Source: Guillardia theta CCMP2712
Taxonomy: Eukaryota; Protista; Cryptophyta
Assembly (NCBI RefSeq): GCF_000315625.1
Contig: NW_005434640.1
Span: 397,593-461,592 of the forward strand
Length of the DNA stretch: 64,000 bases
Direction of reading: 5' to 3'
Below, piece by piece: positions 1 to 10,873 of the stretch. The notes below the pieces were generated by a model, which saw nothing but the letters and a program-made list of their open reading frames with translations, searched no databases and was not told where the DNA came from. Each line of letters starts with the position of its first letter. Position 1 is the stretch's first letter. A program made the position numbers and the translations under genes.

Positions 1-331
1 GGACAAGGCTCGTCGGGGGGAGGAGGAGGAGCGCGAGGAGGACAAGCGGCGACAAAACCCAAACTGGCGGCGATATAGATGACCTTGACATTCATTGATT
101 CGAAGGAAAACCTCTTCCTCTCTTTGATTCTCTTAGTCTCAATATCCTGTCCCCTCCCACCCTCCCTCGCTCTTCTCACCCCGCGCAGCCCTCCTTTCCC
201 TGGGCCCTCTCCTCCCCTTTCTGTTTCAGCAAAGATCCTCTTGCCATCTGTTCGCCTCCCACCTGACCAAGGAACCATCCCTCCCCCTCCCAGCGCTCAT
301 CCCCCCGCCTTCATCCTCCCTCTGACTCCCT

Positions 332-3300
332 TCAGAGCTCTTCGTGCATCTCGACAGGGAACCTCTTGGCGCCGTGCTCCTCCTTGTGCTCCTTCCCCTC
401 CAGCAGCTGCGCGATCCACTTGAGGAGGAGGCTGAGGGAGAGGGCGAAGAGAAAGAGGATGAAGCAGATAGTCCAGCCCGTGGCGTCCAGCGGTACCGTC
501 CGGCAGGGAGGTATCCCCAGCTGAACGCAGGAGATCTGGAGGAGGAGGAGGACGAGGCCGGAGCCTAGCAAGCGCTTGAGCGACACCTGCTTCAGGTCCC
601 CCGTGTGATAGCTGAGCACCGTCCCCAGCAGCGTCCCAAGCTGGAGGAGCATGAAGGCGTTGAAGATGAGGGAGAAGAGGTAGTTACCGCTCTGTGACTT
701 GCCCTGCCCGTTGGGCATGAGAGGGACGCATGCTCGGCTGCCCTGCTCATCTGCTGTGCAGTCGGTGATCCAGGAGGCTCCTGTGAAGGAGAGGAGGGAG
801 AGGAGGAGGCACTGGCTGCCCGCCTGCACCAGCAGCCTCCCCTTACACTTCCCCGAGAGTAGCGAGACGTTCCTGCGGTAGGGAGACCGCGGGGCCTCGT
901 GGGAGCGAAAGTGGTAAGGGAGGCGATCGACGGATGCGACGCAGAGGAGGGAAAGCACGTCGACAACCACCTTCATCCAGAGCATCTGCTCGGGGAGGAA
1001 GATCTCGACCCCACCGAGAGCTGCCAGGAAGCAGGCGAATGGGGCGACGATGTTGAAGTTGGTGCGGTACTCGAGGTAGGCATGCAGGTTCTGGTGGAAC
1101 CTCCTTCCCCTGTAGAGGACGGAGGCGACGGAGCTCAGGCTATCGTTGAGGCTGATCAGGTCCGCCTCCTGTCTCACCACCTCGTCCCCCTGATGCCTCA
1201 TCGCGATCGTCACGTCCGCCTGCTCCCGCACCCTCAGGTCTTCAAGGTGCTGGCACGAGGCTCCCACCACCTCCCCGCGCTCCTGCAGGCACCTCACAAG
1301 CTCCGCCTTCTCCTCCGAGCTCGCTCCTGTCATGACGCGCACCGATGGAGCGATCGCCGCTCGCTCCTGATCCGACAGCCTCCTCCACTCTGCAGCCGTC
1401 ACGATGCTGCCGTCCTGCAGCAGGGAGCACGTCTCCGCCGCAAGCTTCCCGCCATCCACCTGCTCCCCCGTGAAGACGCGGACCTTGACGCCTGCCTCCT
1501 CGCAGCTCCTCACCGCCTCCTCGATGCCTGACCGCATCTGACTGCGCAGCCCGAGTAGGCCAACGAAGGTCAAGTCGGACGAGAGCAAGCAGCTGTGCTC
1601 GTCGAGTCCGATAAGCCATGAGTCAAGGTCTATCACCCGGTCGTCGTCGTCGTCCTCCTCCTCCTCCTCCTCCAGATCCAGCTCATCTTCCTCCTCCTCC
1701 TCCCGCACGATGGGCTTGACAGAGAAGGCTTCAGGAGAGGGGACGTCCCGGTATGCAAGTGCGATGCTGTTGATCGACGCGCTGTGCAGGGACAGCATGA
1801 CGTTCTTCAGCGCTGACCTCTGCTCTTCCTTCAGTACCTCCCTGCTTCCGTCCGGCAGGAGGTAGAATCTACAGCAGTCCAGCACAATCTCTGCTGCTCC
1901 AGAAGCATAGAACCGTCCTGCCCCCTCCTCTTCTCCTCTCAAGAGGACGCATGCTCTCTTGGAAAACGAGCTGAAAGGCCACACGCGCACGACTCTCCTC
2001 CTGCACTCCTTGCGGACGGCATTGCAGTCGCAGCCAAGTTGCTCGAGCGCGAGCTGAACGCCCGTATCAACTGACCCTGCCGAGGAGCTGGTGCTCCACT
2101 GGACTTTGGACAGCGACTCGGCTCGTGAACCCCTGAGGGGAGAGACTCTCGTGTTGAGCACAAAACCCTCGCAGAGCAGCTGGGATGCGAAGTCGTCCAG
2201 GTGCTCCGAGAGCCAGCATCTTCCGTTCAGGTAGCGGGTGGCACTAGAAGGGGCCCCTGCACCGGCACCGGCAGCAGCAGCACCACCACCAGCCTCTACT
2301 CCCGCTGCTGCTTCTGCTCCTCTTCCTGACTCGCCTCCTGTCCCACATCCGCCAGCTTCTTGAACGTCTGGCACAATTTCCGACTCGCTGCTCAGCTGTG
2401 CCTGCCCAGGATGTTGTCCCTTAGGGAGAAGAGAGTCAAGAGGAGCTGCCGCCTGTTCGAGGACGCAGGACCCATCCGTGTTCCCTTGTTCTACCACCCC
2501 AGGACCCTCCGAGGAAGCCTGAGAACGAGAGGCGAGCGACAGCCTCTGGTGCAGTCTAGACTCTCGATACCCCAGCCCGCAGATATGAGCCATAACGAGC
2601 GTCTTGGGGCCCGAGGTCAGCAGCCCGTTCTTGTCGATGCAGATGCTGGTGATACTCCCCATCACCTCGAGCGACTTCATGCTGCGGATCAGGATCCTCT
2701 CCTTCCTCGACTGCCTGATCGAAGAGGCCAGGAGGGCAGAGAAGATGGCGTTGAGGCCGTGGGGAGCCAGGAGGACGACGATGGCTGCCGATGCCATCAC
2801 CGCCTCCACTAGCAGCCTCAGCTCTGTGGAGGAGAAGTGTAGGATGTGCGGCTCCCAGTCCAGCCCCTCCTCCTTGCACTGCGTCGAGTTGTTCAGCCCC
2901 GGGTACCCTAGAGCACAGTTCTCCACCGGCCCATCGAAGCAAGAGGGAGAAGCAAGCATGATAAGGAAGTATGCTCCCCTCAGGAAAAAGATCACGACTG
3001 CAACCACTCCCCCCACCCGCGCCATCCTGCTCGCAAGGCCCTCGAGCCGCAGCCTAAGAATCGAGTCCCCGGCCAGCTGCCTCCCCAGCCCTTGCCCCAC
3101 CAGGCTCTCCCAGCAGGAGAAGGTCCCCACTGCCGTCACGAGGAAGCGTCCGTGCCCCCCGATCACCGCGCTCCCAGCTGCAAGGAAGGGCGACTTGATC
3201 GGGCACTTGGAGACGCTCTTCCCCTCCTGAGTCTCCTGCGACCTCCTGTGGCTCCCGTCGAACTTCAAGTGGCTCTCGTCCACCAACAAGCTGGACGAAT

Positions 3301-4351
3301 CGATCAGAATGCCGTCGGCCGGCACGATGTCGCCCGCATGTACACAGACGATGTCGCCCACGAGGAGGTCTTGGTGCTTGATCCGCACGTGCTTCTCCTT
3401 CTTGATCACCGTCGTCTCTACATCGCGCCTGCTCCAGTCCAGCATGGAGCACAAGCTCTCCTGGCGCCAGCACTCGTAAGCTGCCTTGAGAAACGCCATG
3501 GCTGCACAGCCGAGGAGGACGTTGACCCCCTCGCTCCACGCGTAGCACTGCTGCGCAGAGCCCTTGGCCTTGCTAAGACGAGCAGACAGCTCTATCTTGT
3601 ACGGCCCTGGCATGTAGATCGGGATGCCGAGCGTCCACAGAGGCCGAGCTGGGCACTTCAGGTCGTAGAGGTCGCCGACTGCCGGGTCGATGTAGACGAA
3701 CCTGCACTCGAGCACCCCAAGAGCGAAGCAGATGATCGAGCTTGCCACCAGCACTACCATCGCATCCTCCATAAACATGTAGAGGAAGAAGCTCGACAAG
3801 CCTGATCCCTCCCCCGGGCGCTGTCGAACCTTGTTGACCCCGTATAGCAGCGCTCTCTTGCCATCGCAGAGGCGGGGCAGCCCCTTCTCGCTCTTCAGCC
3901 AGGACAGGTTTGTGTAGCCGTTCCGCTCGTCCTCCATGAAATCTTTCAGGTTCCTGTCCTCCTCCTTCAACGTGGTTTCAATGCTCGCAGCGATGCCCTG
4001 AACACCGCCCATAACCCGCAGTATCTCAACTTTCCTCATCCTCGAGAGTTCCGCCAGGTCTGTACGCGTTATCCTCCGTCCATTCCCCGTCAGCCTGTAC
4101 CTGTCCTCCAATCCGCCACTCGAGAAGTCAAGAGCGTTCAGGTATCCCCCATCATCGTAGTCGTCGATGAATCTCTGTGCTTCCTCCTCAGTGAAAGAGA
4201 GGTCCACAGAGTCTTCAAAGACGTCGAGGTAACCATTCTCCTGCTCCATCGCTCCTCCTCTTCCTCCGCCATCTCGAGGATCGTACCCATCTCCTCCCTC
4301 CTCCTCCTCCTCCTCCTCCATGAGCCGCCTCCTCAAGTCCTCCCTCCACAT
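332..4351 (-). CDS. P-type ATPase, P2B/PMCA-like, intronless, catalytic motifs degenerate (probable pseudo-pump)
   Basis: Single ORF (first ATG 4351) with PMCA architecture: YGVNK, LLVGDIV..GDIVPADG, VTAVG, SLEVMGSITSICIDKNGLLT (cf. DKTGTLT), PFSS.SKR, SGAAE, IALAYRD, AGVKVRVFTGE, ADLISLNDSL, GRRFHQN, QMLW, SLIFNAFMLLQL; ~10 hydrophobic segments. Confidence 0.9.
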   Translation of the reverse strand: MWREDLRRRLMEEEEEEEGGDGYDPRDGGGRGGAMEQENGYLDVFEDSVDLSFTEEEAQRFIDDYDDGGYLNALDFSSGGLEDRYRLTGNGRRITRTDLAELSRMRKVEILRVMGGVQGIAASIETTLKEEDRNLKDFMEDERNGYTNLSWLKSEKGLPRLCDGKRALLYGVNKVRQRPGEGSGLSSFFLYMFMEDAMVVLVASSIICFALGVLECRFVYIDPAVGDLYDLKCPARPLWTLGIPIYMPGPYKIELSARLSKAKGSAQQCYAWSEGVNVLLGCAAMAFLKAAYECWRQESLCSMLDWSRRDVETTVIKKEKHVRIKHQDLLVGDIVCVHAGDIVPADGILIDSSSLLVDESHLKFDGSHRRSQETQEGKSVSKCPIKSPFLAAGSAVIGGHGRFLVTAVGTFSCWESLVGQGLGRQLAGDSILRLRLEGLASRMARVGGVVAVVIFFLRGAYFLIMLASPSCFDGPVENCALGYPGLNNSTQCKEEGLDWEPHILHFSSTELRLLVEAVMASAAIVVLLAPHGLNAIFSALLASSIRQSRKERILIRSMKSLEVMGSITSICIDKNGLLTSGPKTLVMAHICGLGYRESRLHQRLSLASRSQASSEGPGVVEQGNTDGSCVLEQAAAPLDSLLPKGQHPGQAQLSSESEIVPDVQEAGGCGTGGESGRGAEAAAGVEAGGGAAAAGAGAGAPSSATRYLNGRCWLSEHLDDFASQLLCEGFVLNTRVSPLRGSRAESLSKVQWSTSSSAGSVDTGVQLALEQLGCDCNAVRKECRRRVVRVWPFSSFSKRACVLLRGEEEGAGRFYASGAAEIVLDCCRFYLLPDGSREVLKEEQRSALKNVMLSLHSASINSIALAYRDVPSPEAFSVKPIVREEEEEDELDLEEEEEEDDDDDRVIDLDSWLIGLDEHSCLLSSDLTFVGLLGLRSQMRSGIEEAVRSCEEAGVKVRVFTGEQVDGGKLAAETCSLLQDGSIVTAAEWRRLSDQERAAIAPSVRVMTGASSEEKAELVRCLQERGEVVGASCQHLEDLRVREQADVTIAMRHQGDEVVRQEADLISLNDSLSSVASVLYRGRRFHQNLHAYLEYRTNFNIVAPFACFLAALGGVEIFLPEQMLWMKVVVDVLSLLCVASVDRLPYHFRSHEAPRSPYRRNVSLLSGKCKGRLLVQAGSQCLLLSLLSFTGASWITDCTADEQGSRACVPLMPNGQGKSQSGNYLFSLIFNAFMLLQLGTLLGTVLSYHTGDLKQVSLKRLLGSGLVLLLLQISCVQLGIPPCRTVPLDATGWTICFILFLFALSLSLLLKWIAQLLEGKEHKEEHGAKRFPVEMHEEL

Positions 4352-4654
4352 CCTTGCGACATCCCGACAAGCCTCACGGTACCCCACCCCACCCCACTCA
4401 TGTCATTGTACCCCTACCCACCTCCATTTTTAAGTACCGGTATGTTCATATTTTAAATGACCCCCTTGTGGTAGATGCTGAAACAACGAGGCCATATAAT
4501 AACCCCTACAAATGGCTGCTGACTACCCCACGTACCCCTGATTTCACCTAATAGTACCCCCTTTCCAGGCAGACCCCTTGCAAACATCCGGAGTGCTCCT
4601 TGTTGGGTATGTGGGTGATGAGATGTCGGGCTGTATGAGGGGCTCAAGGGCGAC

Positions 4655-7600
4655 ATGAGATGGCGGTCTGGGTGGTGGCTGGCGATGTTGGTGGCGATGG
4701 TGAGGATGGAGGCAGATGTCAGGTAGGAGGAGGAGGAGGAGGAGGAGGAGGAGGAGGAGGAGGAGGAGGAGGAGGAGGAGGAGGAGGAGGAGGAGGAGGA
4801 GGAGAAGGAGGAGGAGGAGGAGGAGGAGGAGGAGGAGGAGGAGGAGGATGATAAAGGGCAGGGGGAAGCTTTATCTCAGAATCTCAACCTCCTCAAGCTC
4901 GGTGACTGCAACAATTTACTGGTTTCGTCCTCTGANNNNNNNNNNNNNNNNNNNNNNNNNNNNNNNNNNNNNNNNNNNNNNNNNNNNNNNNNNNNNNNNN
5001 NNNNNNNNNNNNNNNNNNNNNNNNNNNNNNNNNNNGGAGGAGGAGGAGGAGGAGGAGGAGGAGGAGGTAGTGGTGGTAGGGTAGTGGAGGAGGTAGTGGT
5101 GGTGATAATTGAGGTGATGATGGTGATGATGTAGGTGGAAGAGAAGGTTTCAAAGGAGCTTGATGTAGTCGTGGCAGGGTAGAGGAGGTGGTGGTGGTAG
5201 AAGCGAGGACAGGGCTAGGAACAGGGATGGAGAGGACGAGGACGAGGACGAGGACGAAGATCAGATCGAAGAGGACGAAAAGGATAGCCATTGCTGGAGG
5301 CAGAGGCAGAGGTAGAGACGGTGAATGAGAAAAGTTAGTGGTGGCGGTGATGGAAATCAATGATATGTTGGTAATTGGGGAGGGAAAGGCAGACCAAGTG
5401 AGGAAAGGAACTCTAGGGCTCTTACAAGCACTGACGACAACTCAGCATGTGTGCGTATGCGGAGCTGCAGCAGTCTCCTCACTTCAGTTTCCTTCCGAAG
5501 CTTCACGTCGCTGGGCCAAGCAAGCACGTAGCGAGACCTTCGAACACGGAGAGCTCTAGCAGGTTCAGCTGGCCTCGTGCTCGTCCCTTGCTAGAAGCTA
5601 AGAGGCTGTCGAACTGCAGGAACCCCTGGACGCTGCCTTCTTCCTCCCTCCTCTCCCTACACCATCTCCTCTGCTCATGGAGAGATAGCCCACAGACAAG
5701 GTGGTGAAGCATGCTCCTGTGCCCTGCCTGCTCCTCCTCACTCCTGGCCTGCAACAGCGCCTGGGGTGTCATGCTGGTGGCATGCACCGCTGGCGTTTGG
5801 ACTTCAAAGGGACATCGACTCCTCTCACCCTTCCTCCCCATCCGACTCCACGGGAGGAGGAGGAGACTGTACACGGGGAGAGCGGTGCCTTACGACTCGG
5901 GGAATGTGAGGAGGGAAAATGTTGAGAGTTGCTGAGGCCTGATGCTCTTGCAGGAGGAGAGGGCCCAGTATGAGAGCTTGCCCTCTGTTGCTACTTGGAA
6001 TCAGCCGTCCAACATGCTACAGGTGTTGCATCTCTCCTACCCTGCTAGTCGTTGTTTTTCCATGTAATGCTCCTCTCTCCTCTCTCCTCCCCTTCTCCTC
6101 TCTCCTCCTCCCCTCTCCCTCCTCTCTCCTTCACTGCGCTCGTAGGGCCGAAAGCTTGAGCTCCTACTTGAAGCTACTCTTCCTGCCATGGATGGTCCAG
6201 AGACTTTCTACGGCCTGGGATGCAACGAGACCGAGTTTAAGCTCTTTCTTGATTATATCGCAGGAAGAAATTTGTAGGCTACTTCTTCCAGCCTCCTCCT
6301 CCTCTCCCTCTCCCTCTCCCTCTCCCTCCTCCTCCTCCTCCTCTCCCTTGTCGTGCCCTTAGGCACTCCTCATCTCCTCATCCCTCTTTGTCCTCGTCCC
6401 CGCAACCCTACATCTCCACCTCTTTGTGCTTGTTCTCTGCTTCTTTACCTCTATCCCCATTCCTCTTTCCTCGCCATCCTCCTGTCCTCCATCCTGAGTT
6501 TCTCACGGCATATCTTGATCGCAATCAAACGTTGCAGGACAGAAGAGCAAGTTAACATCTCGAGCAAGTACGTCGACACCGGCGACGACAACGTGCGATC
6601 GATGCTGCGAATGCACTGGAACAGTTGTCACCTCCTGCTCAAGAACAAGGTAGAACGCTTGTCCCAACCGTCTGATGATGATGATGATGATGATGATGAT
6701 GCCCATTCTTCTCCTCCTCCTCCTGTGGGGTTTCCCTGCTTATCATCCTCACTTACATCCTCGTCATCGCCATCGTCATCGCCTGTGCCGTTGCCATTCT
6801 GCTGATGGGACGATTTGCTTCAGAGTTCCAAGAATGTCATGGCAGCCGATACACGGCTGGTTGCGGAAGTCAAAGGTTACCTTAAGGTTTGGCGAGGGAT
6901 GGCGAGGAGGAGGAGAGGGAGGAGGGAGGAGGAGAGGGAGGAGGGAGGAGGAGAGGGAAGAGGAGAGGGCGGAGGGTGAGAGAGGGAAGGTGGAAGTGAA
7001 CTAACGCGCCTTGCAGTTGATGGAATCGTTCGAGACGGAACCGATGCGAGGTCTGACTCCCCTACCCTTTCATGTTCACGTGGTGCGTTTGCCCTGATTC
7101 CTTTCAGGATCGGCTCTACTCCAGTGGCTTCAAGAACAATGCGGAGAATCGCTGATACAGGTAGCAGAGGAGGGATAGAGAGATAAGAGGAGGAGGAAGG
7201 AGGAAGGAGATCTGACTGGGATCGATCAGAGATGCCAAGCAGGCAGCAACTTGTCACTGGAAGAAACTCAAAGCGCCCTCAAAGAACTTCTGAATTGGTG
7301 AAGGGGAAGAGAAGCCGGGGGGGTTGTGAGGTTGGAGCAGGTTTAAGAAAGAGTTTCCCTACTACGACCAGGGTTGCTTTCACTGCGGCAACAAGGAGGG
7401 TCAAAGACTTGGTGAGAGGAGGAGGAGGAGGAGGAGGAGGAGAGAAGCAAAGAGGAGGGGGGTTGTGATGGCTGTCAAGGTTCGGTGAAGGCGAGCGAGC
7501 AAGAAGAAGAATTTCTCGCACGGCGGAGTGAAATCCTCTTTTGCCCCAGCTGCTCCAGGTGATGTTTCGTTCTGTGATTTCAGCTCTCCGACGCTCCCAC

Positions 7601-8191
7601 CACTTTTTTAGTCTCTTCATCCTCGTCCTCCTCTTCCTCCCACCTCCTTGTCTTCTTCCAAAATCTCTATCACCATTCCTTCACCTCCGCCCCTTCTACC
7701 CCTTCCCTCGTCCTCCTCCTCCTCTCTTCCTCCTCTTCCTCCATCCATCCTTGTGCCTGCTGATTCAAGACTCAGATATAGCCGATTCGTGCGATACAAC
7801 ACGGTGAACAAGGTCTGAACAGCAAGAGGCTCGAAGAAAGAGGGGAGGGAAGCAGATGGGAAGAGGAGGACAAGGAAGGGGAAGGCGGGGCAGGAAGGGC
7901 AGCAACGGAAGGAAGGGGAAAGGGGGAGAGAACAGATGGAGGAGGGAAGAAGGGAGGGATTTTGATGGTCGGCAGGTGATAGAGACGAAGAAAGGAAGGT
8001 GCGGCGAATACAGCATGTTCATGTATCATGTCATGCAGTCCCTGGGATATGAAACAAGGTGAAGCCTCCTCCTCCTCCTCCTCCANNNNNNNNNNNNNNN
8101 NNNNNNNNNNNNNNNNNNNNNNNNNNNNNNNNNNNNNNNNNNNNNNNNNNNNNNNNNNNNNNNNNNNNNNNNNNNNNNNNNNNNNGAGGAG

Positions 8192-8223
<32 letters not shown>

Positions 8224-10117
8224 GGAGGAGGAGGAGCGGGAGCAGAGGAAGAGGAGGAAGAGGAAGAGGAGGAGGAGGAGGAGGAGGAGGAGGAGGAGGA
8301 GGAGGACGAGGGCGGAACTCGAACTGGTTCAGGTTCTCCTCCTCCCCCGCGCAAGCGTACCAGACTGAGGCTTGGACCTCTCCCCCCCTCCTTCTTCTGC
8401 CTCTCCCAGGATGCGGAGGCAGGGGAGGTCGTGATCCTTACCCTACGAGGTCGAGGCCTCACCTTCCCCTCCCCCTCCCCTCTCTCCTCTTCCCTCTTCC
8501 CTCTTCACTCCCCCTCACCTTGTCGGCAGCTTTCTGAAACAACACCTAGAGGCAAGTCAAGCAACATGTCCCCTCTCCTCCTTCTCTCACCTCTGCCGTC
8601 TCCTTTTCTTTCGTAGCTCTCAGTGCCTCTTCCAACATCAGCACGCGATCCTCCGACGCCTTGAGCTTCGCCACCAGCCGCCTCTCCTCCCCCTGCGCTA
8701 GTTTTCTCTCCCTCTCGCTCGTCTCCTTCGCTTCTGTCAGCCTCGCAACTGCTCCTGCTCCTCGTGTCACTCAATCGCCTCCCACGGCACTTCCTCCTCG
8801 TATCCCTACCCACCACCACACAACCCTCCTCCTCTCCACCCCCTTCCTCATTCTCCTCCTCTTTCTCCTCCTTCCCCTCCTCCTGTTCGCTCGATTTCTC
8901 TCCACCTTGTAGCAGGCGAATCGCGTTCGAGCTCTGCAGCTGGACTTCAGCTCGTTCACTGCTGAACTTCTCCTCCCGGGTCGCTTCAGCCCAGCAGTCC
9001 CAGGAAGCTCGGAGGAGGAGGAGGAGAAGCTTTCGCTCCCTTCCTCGCAGACAGAGCTTTCTCCTCCTCCCTCGCCTCCACTCGCTCCACAGCGGCAGGA
9101 GGAAACGAAAACGAGCCATTCGAGAGAGAAGGACATGAGGCAGCACCAGCAACTTCCTACTCCTCCCCCTCTCCTCCTCCTTCTCCTCCTCAGCCACCAG
9201 CCAGCTCAGCACAGAAGCGGATGAGAGGAGAGTCACGCGCAGCTTCTCCTCCTCCCTCGCCTGCTGCAGGTTGAAGTAGTCGAGCTCGAGACTTGCCAGC
9301 ATGCGATTAGTCAGCTCCTGCTCCTCCTCCACCCCTCGTCGCGCCTGCATGGTCGTCAGTCCCTTCTTTCTACTATCACACAAAAACACCTCCCTCCCTC
9401 CCTCCCTCCCTCCCTCCCTCCCTCCCTCCCTCCCTCCCTCCCTCCCCCGCTCCCCTCCTTCCCTCCCCCGCTCCCCTCCCTCCCTCCCTCCCCCGCTCCC
9501 CCCCTCCCATTCCCCGTCCCCCAACTGTTTTGGTGGCTGCTTCCTTCCTTCCGCTGACTATCCTGGCAGAAGATGTACCTCTCCTGGGGCAAGAAGCTCA
9601 CCTACATCATCGCCTTCGTCCGGTCCAACGAGCCTCCAGCTCTCTCCCTCCTGCTGACACCGAGCAGGGGCCGGTGCGAGGACGTGACGACCGACTACGT
9701 AGACGACATGGAGGAGGTGAATGAGGACTCGAAGCTCTCCCTTGTGCTCCCTTTCCGCTCCTCTCCTTGCCTTCTTCCCTCCCCGTCGCGTCTTCTCTTT
9801 CCCCCTCTCCCCTCGCGTCTTCGCCCTCCCTCCTTTCACATTTTTCTGGTGCAGGTGCGGAAACGGCGAGACCTTACCGACGAAGACTTGAAGGCGAGCC
9901 TAGAGACAGCCCAGGTGCTGCTCCCCGCCCCCGCTCACTCGTTCCTCCTTCCTCTTCCTTCCTTTCCCCCTGCCTTCCTCCCCTTCTATGGTTCCTCCCT
10001 CCTCCCGACCCTTGTCCCTTGCCCTCCTGTCTCCCTTCATACTCCTCGCCTCCTCTTGCTGCTCCAACCATGAAAGCGCAGAAGGAGTTCCAGCAAGAGC
10101 AAGCGAGCGCGTCCTAG
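4655..10117 (+). CDS. PNG1: Peptide:N-glycanase (transglutaminase-like core) with N-terminal signal/transit-like extension; multi-exon, partly in gap
   Basis: Phase-consistent exons give LKELLNWFKKEFPYYDQGCFHCG (7280-7390), EEEFLARRSEILFCPSC (~7500), SRFVRYNTVNK (~7785), VIETKKGRCGEYS..LGYETR (7977-8058) and MYLSWGKKLTYIIAF..CEDVTTDY (9573-9700), matching the PNGase Zn CxxC pairs, catalytic GRCGE and WGKKLxYxIAF. The His/Asp exon was not seen. 5' exons (4655-4722 joined to 5446) are less certain. Confidence 0.85.
4724..4848. repeat. (GGA)n microsatellite; similar GGA/CCT tracts at 17626-17730, 18657-18730, 51084-51162
   Basis: Direct trinucleotide repeat; several tracts flank N-gaps. Confidence 0.97.
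8310..9350 (-). CDS. Hypothetical coiled-coil protein, spliced, antisense inside the PNGase locus
   Basis: ATG 9350 MQARRGVEEEQELTNRMLASLELDYFNL.., followed by GT-AG bounded exons (RLTEAKETSERERKLAQGEERRLVAKLKASEDRVLMLEEAL). 3' end uncertain. Confidence 0.5.
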
Positions 10118-10610
10118 GCACAGGAGATGCCGCATGCTCTCTCGCTCACAAGAGAAGACGAGCAGCAGGGGCAGCAACAACAAACAAGCGCGGTGATCTT
10201 GATTGGGAGAGGCAGAAGCGAAGCGCGTCGAAAGGAAGGATGAGATCGAAGACGAGGCGTAGCATCGTCGTGGAGCCGTGGGCAAGCAGGAGGAAGAGGA
10301 AGACGGGAGCCAGTAGGAGGAGTCTTCTCCTCCATGGATGAGGAAGGGAGATGATGGGAAAAGAACAGGGGAAGGGAGTGATGGAGACCAGAAGAAACAG
10401 TTTCAAAGACAGACAGGTTCTAGTCGAATGTAAAAGAGAAATTGAGAAGCCGGAAGTTAAGGGGCAAGCAACAAGGAAGGGAGCGAGGTGGGAGAGAAGG
10501 ATGGAATGATGAGTAGAAGCAATGAGAGAAGAGAAGGAGGAGGAAATACTCCAGGTAGGGGGGGGGGGGGGAGATTCATGGAGGAGGAGGAGGAGGAGGA
10601 GCAGCAGCAG

Positions 10611-10873
10611 CTATGGCCTCCGGCGCTTCTCGTCGTAGAGTCGCAAGAACTCTTGACGCTGAGCAGGAGACAAGGCATTTAGGAAGCTGCTCCTTCTCTC
10701 AGCGCTCGAGCTCTCAAACTTATCGAGCACCCTTATGATCTCCTCGTGCTGCCTCTGATGCACCTCGTCTGCCCTCTGGCTCATCAACTTAGCTCTGATC
10801 TTCTCCTGCTGCATCCTATCCAGCACCGTCTCTCCTTCTACTGCCATGGTCGTCTCGGCCTCGAAGCTTGCCC
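10611..10873 (-). CDS. Terminal exon of a small hypothetical helical protein
   Basis: Coding-like ..MAVEGETVLDRMQQEKIRAKLMSQRADEVHQ..LSPAQRQEFLRLYDEKRRRP*, with an AG acceptor near 10874. Upstream exons unresolved. Confidence 0.45.

Noticed and set aside
4660-5084. Poly-Gly/Arg/Glu/Pro/Leu ORFs in the ORF track (also ~8030-8600, 17320-17820, 51050-51350, 55170-56290)
   Set aside because: They are translations of GGA/CCT microsatellites and N-gaps, mostly intronic.
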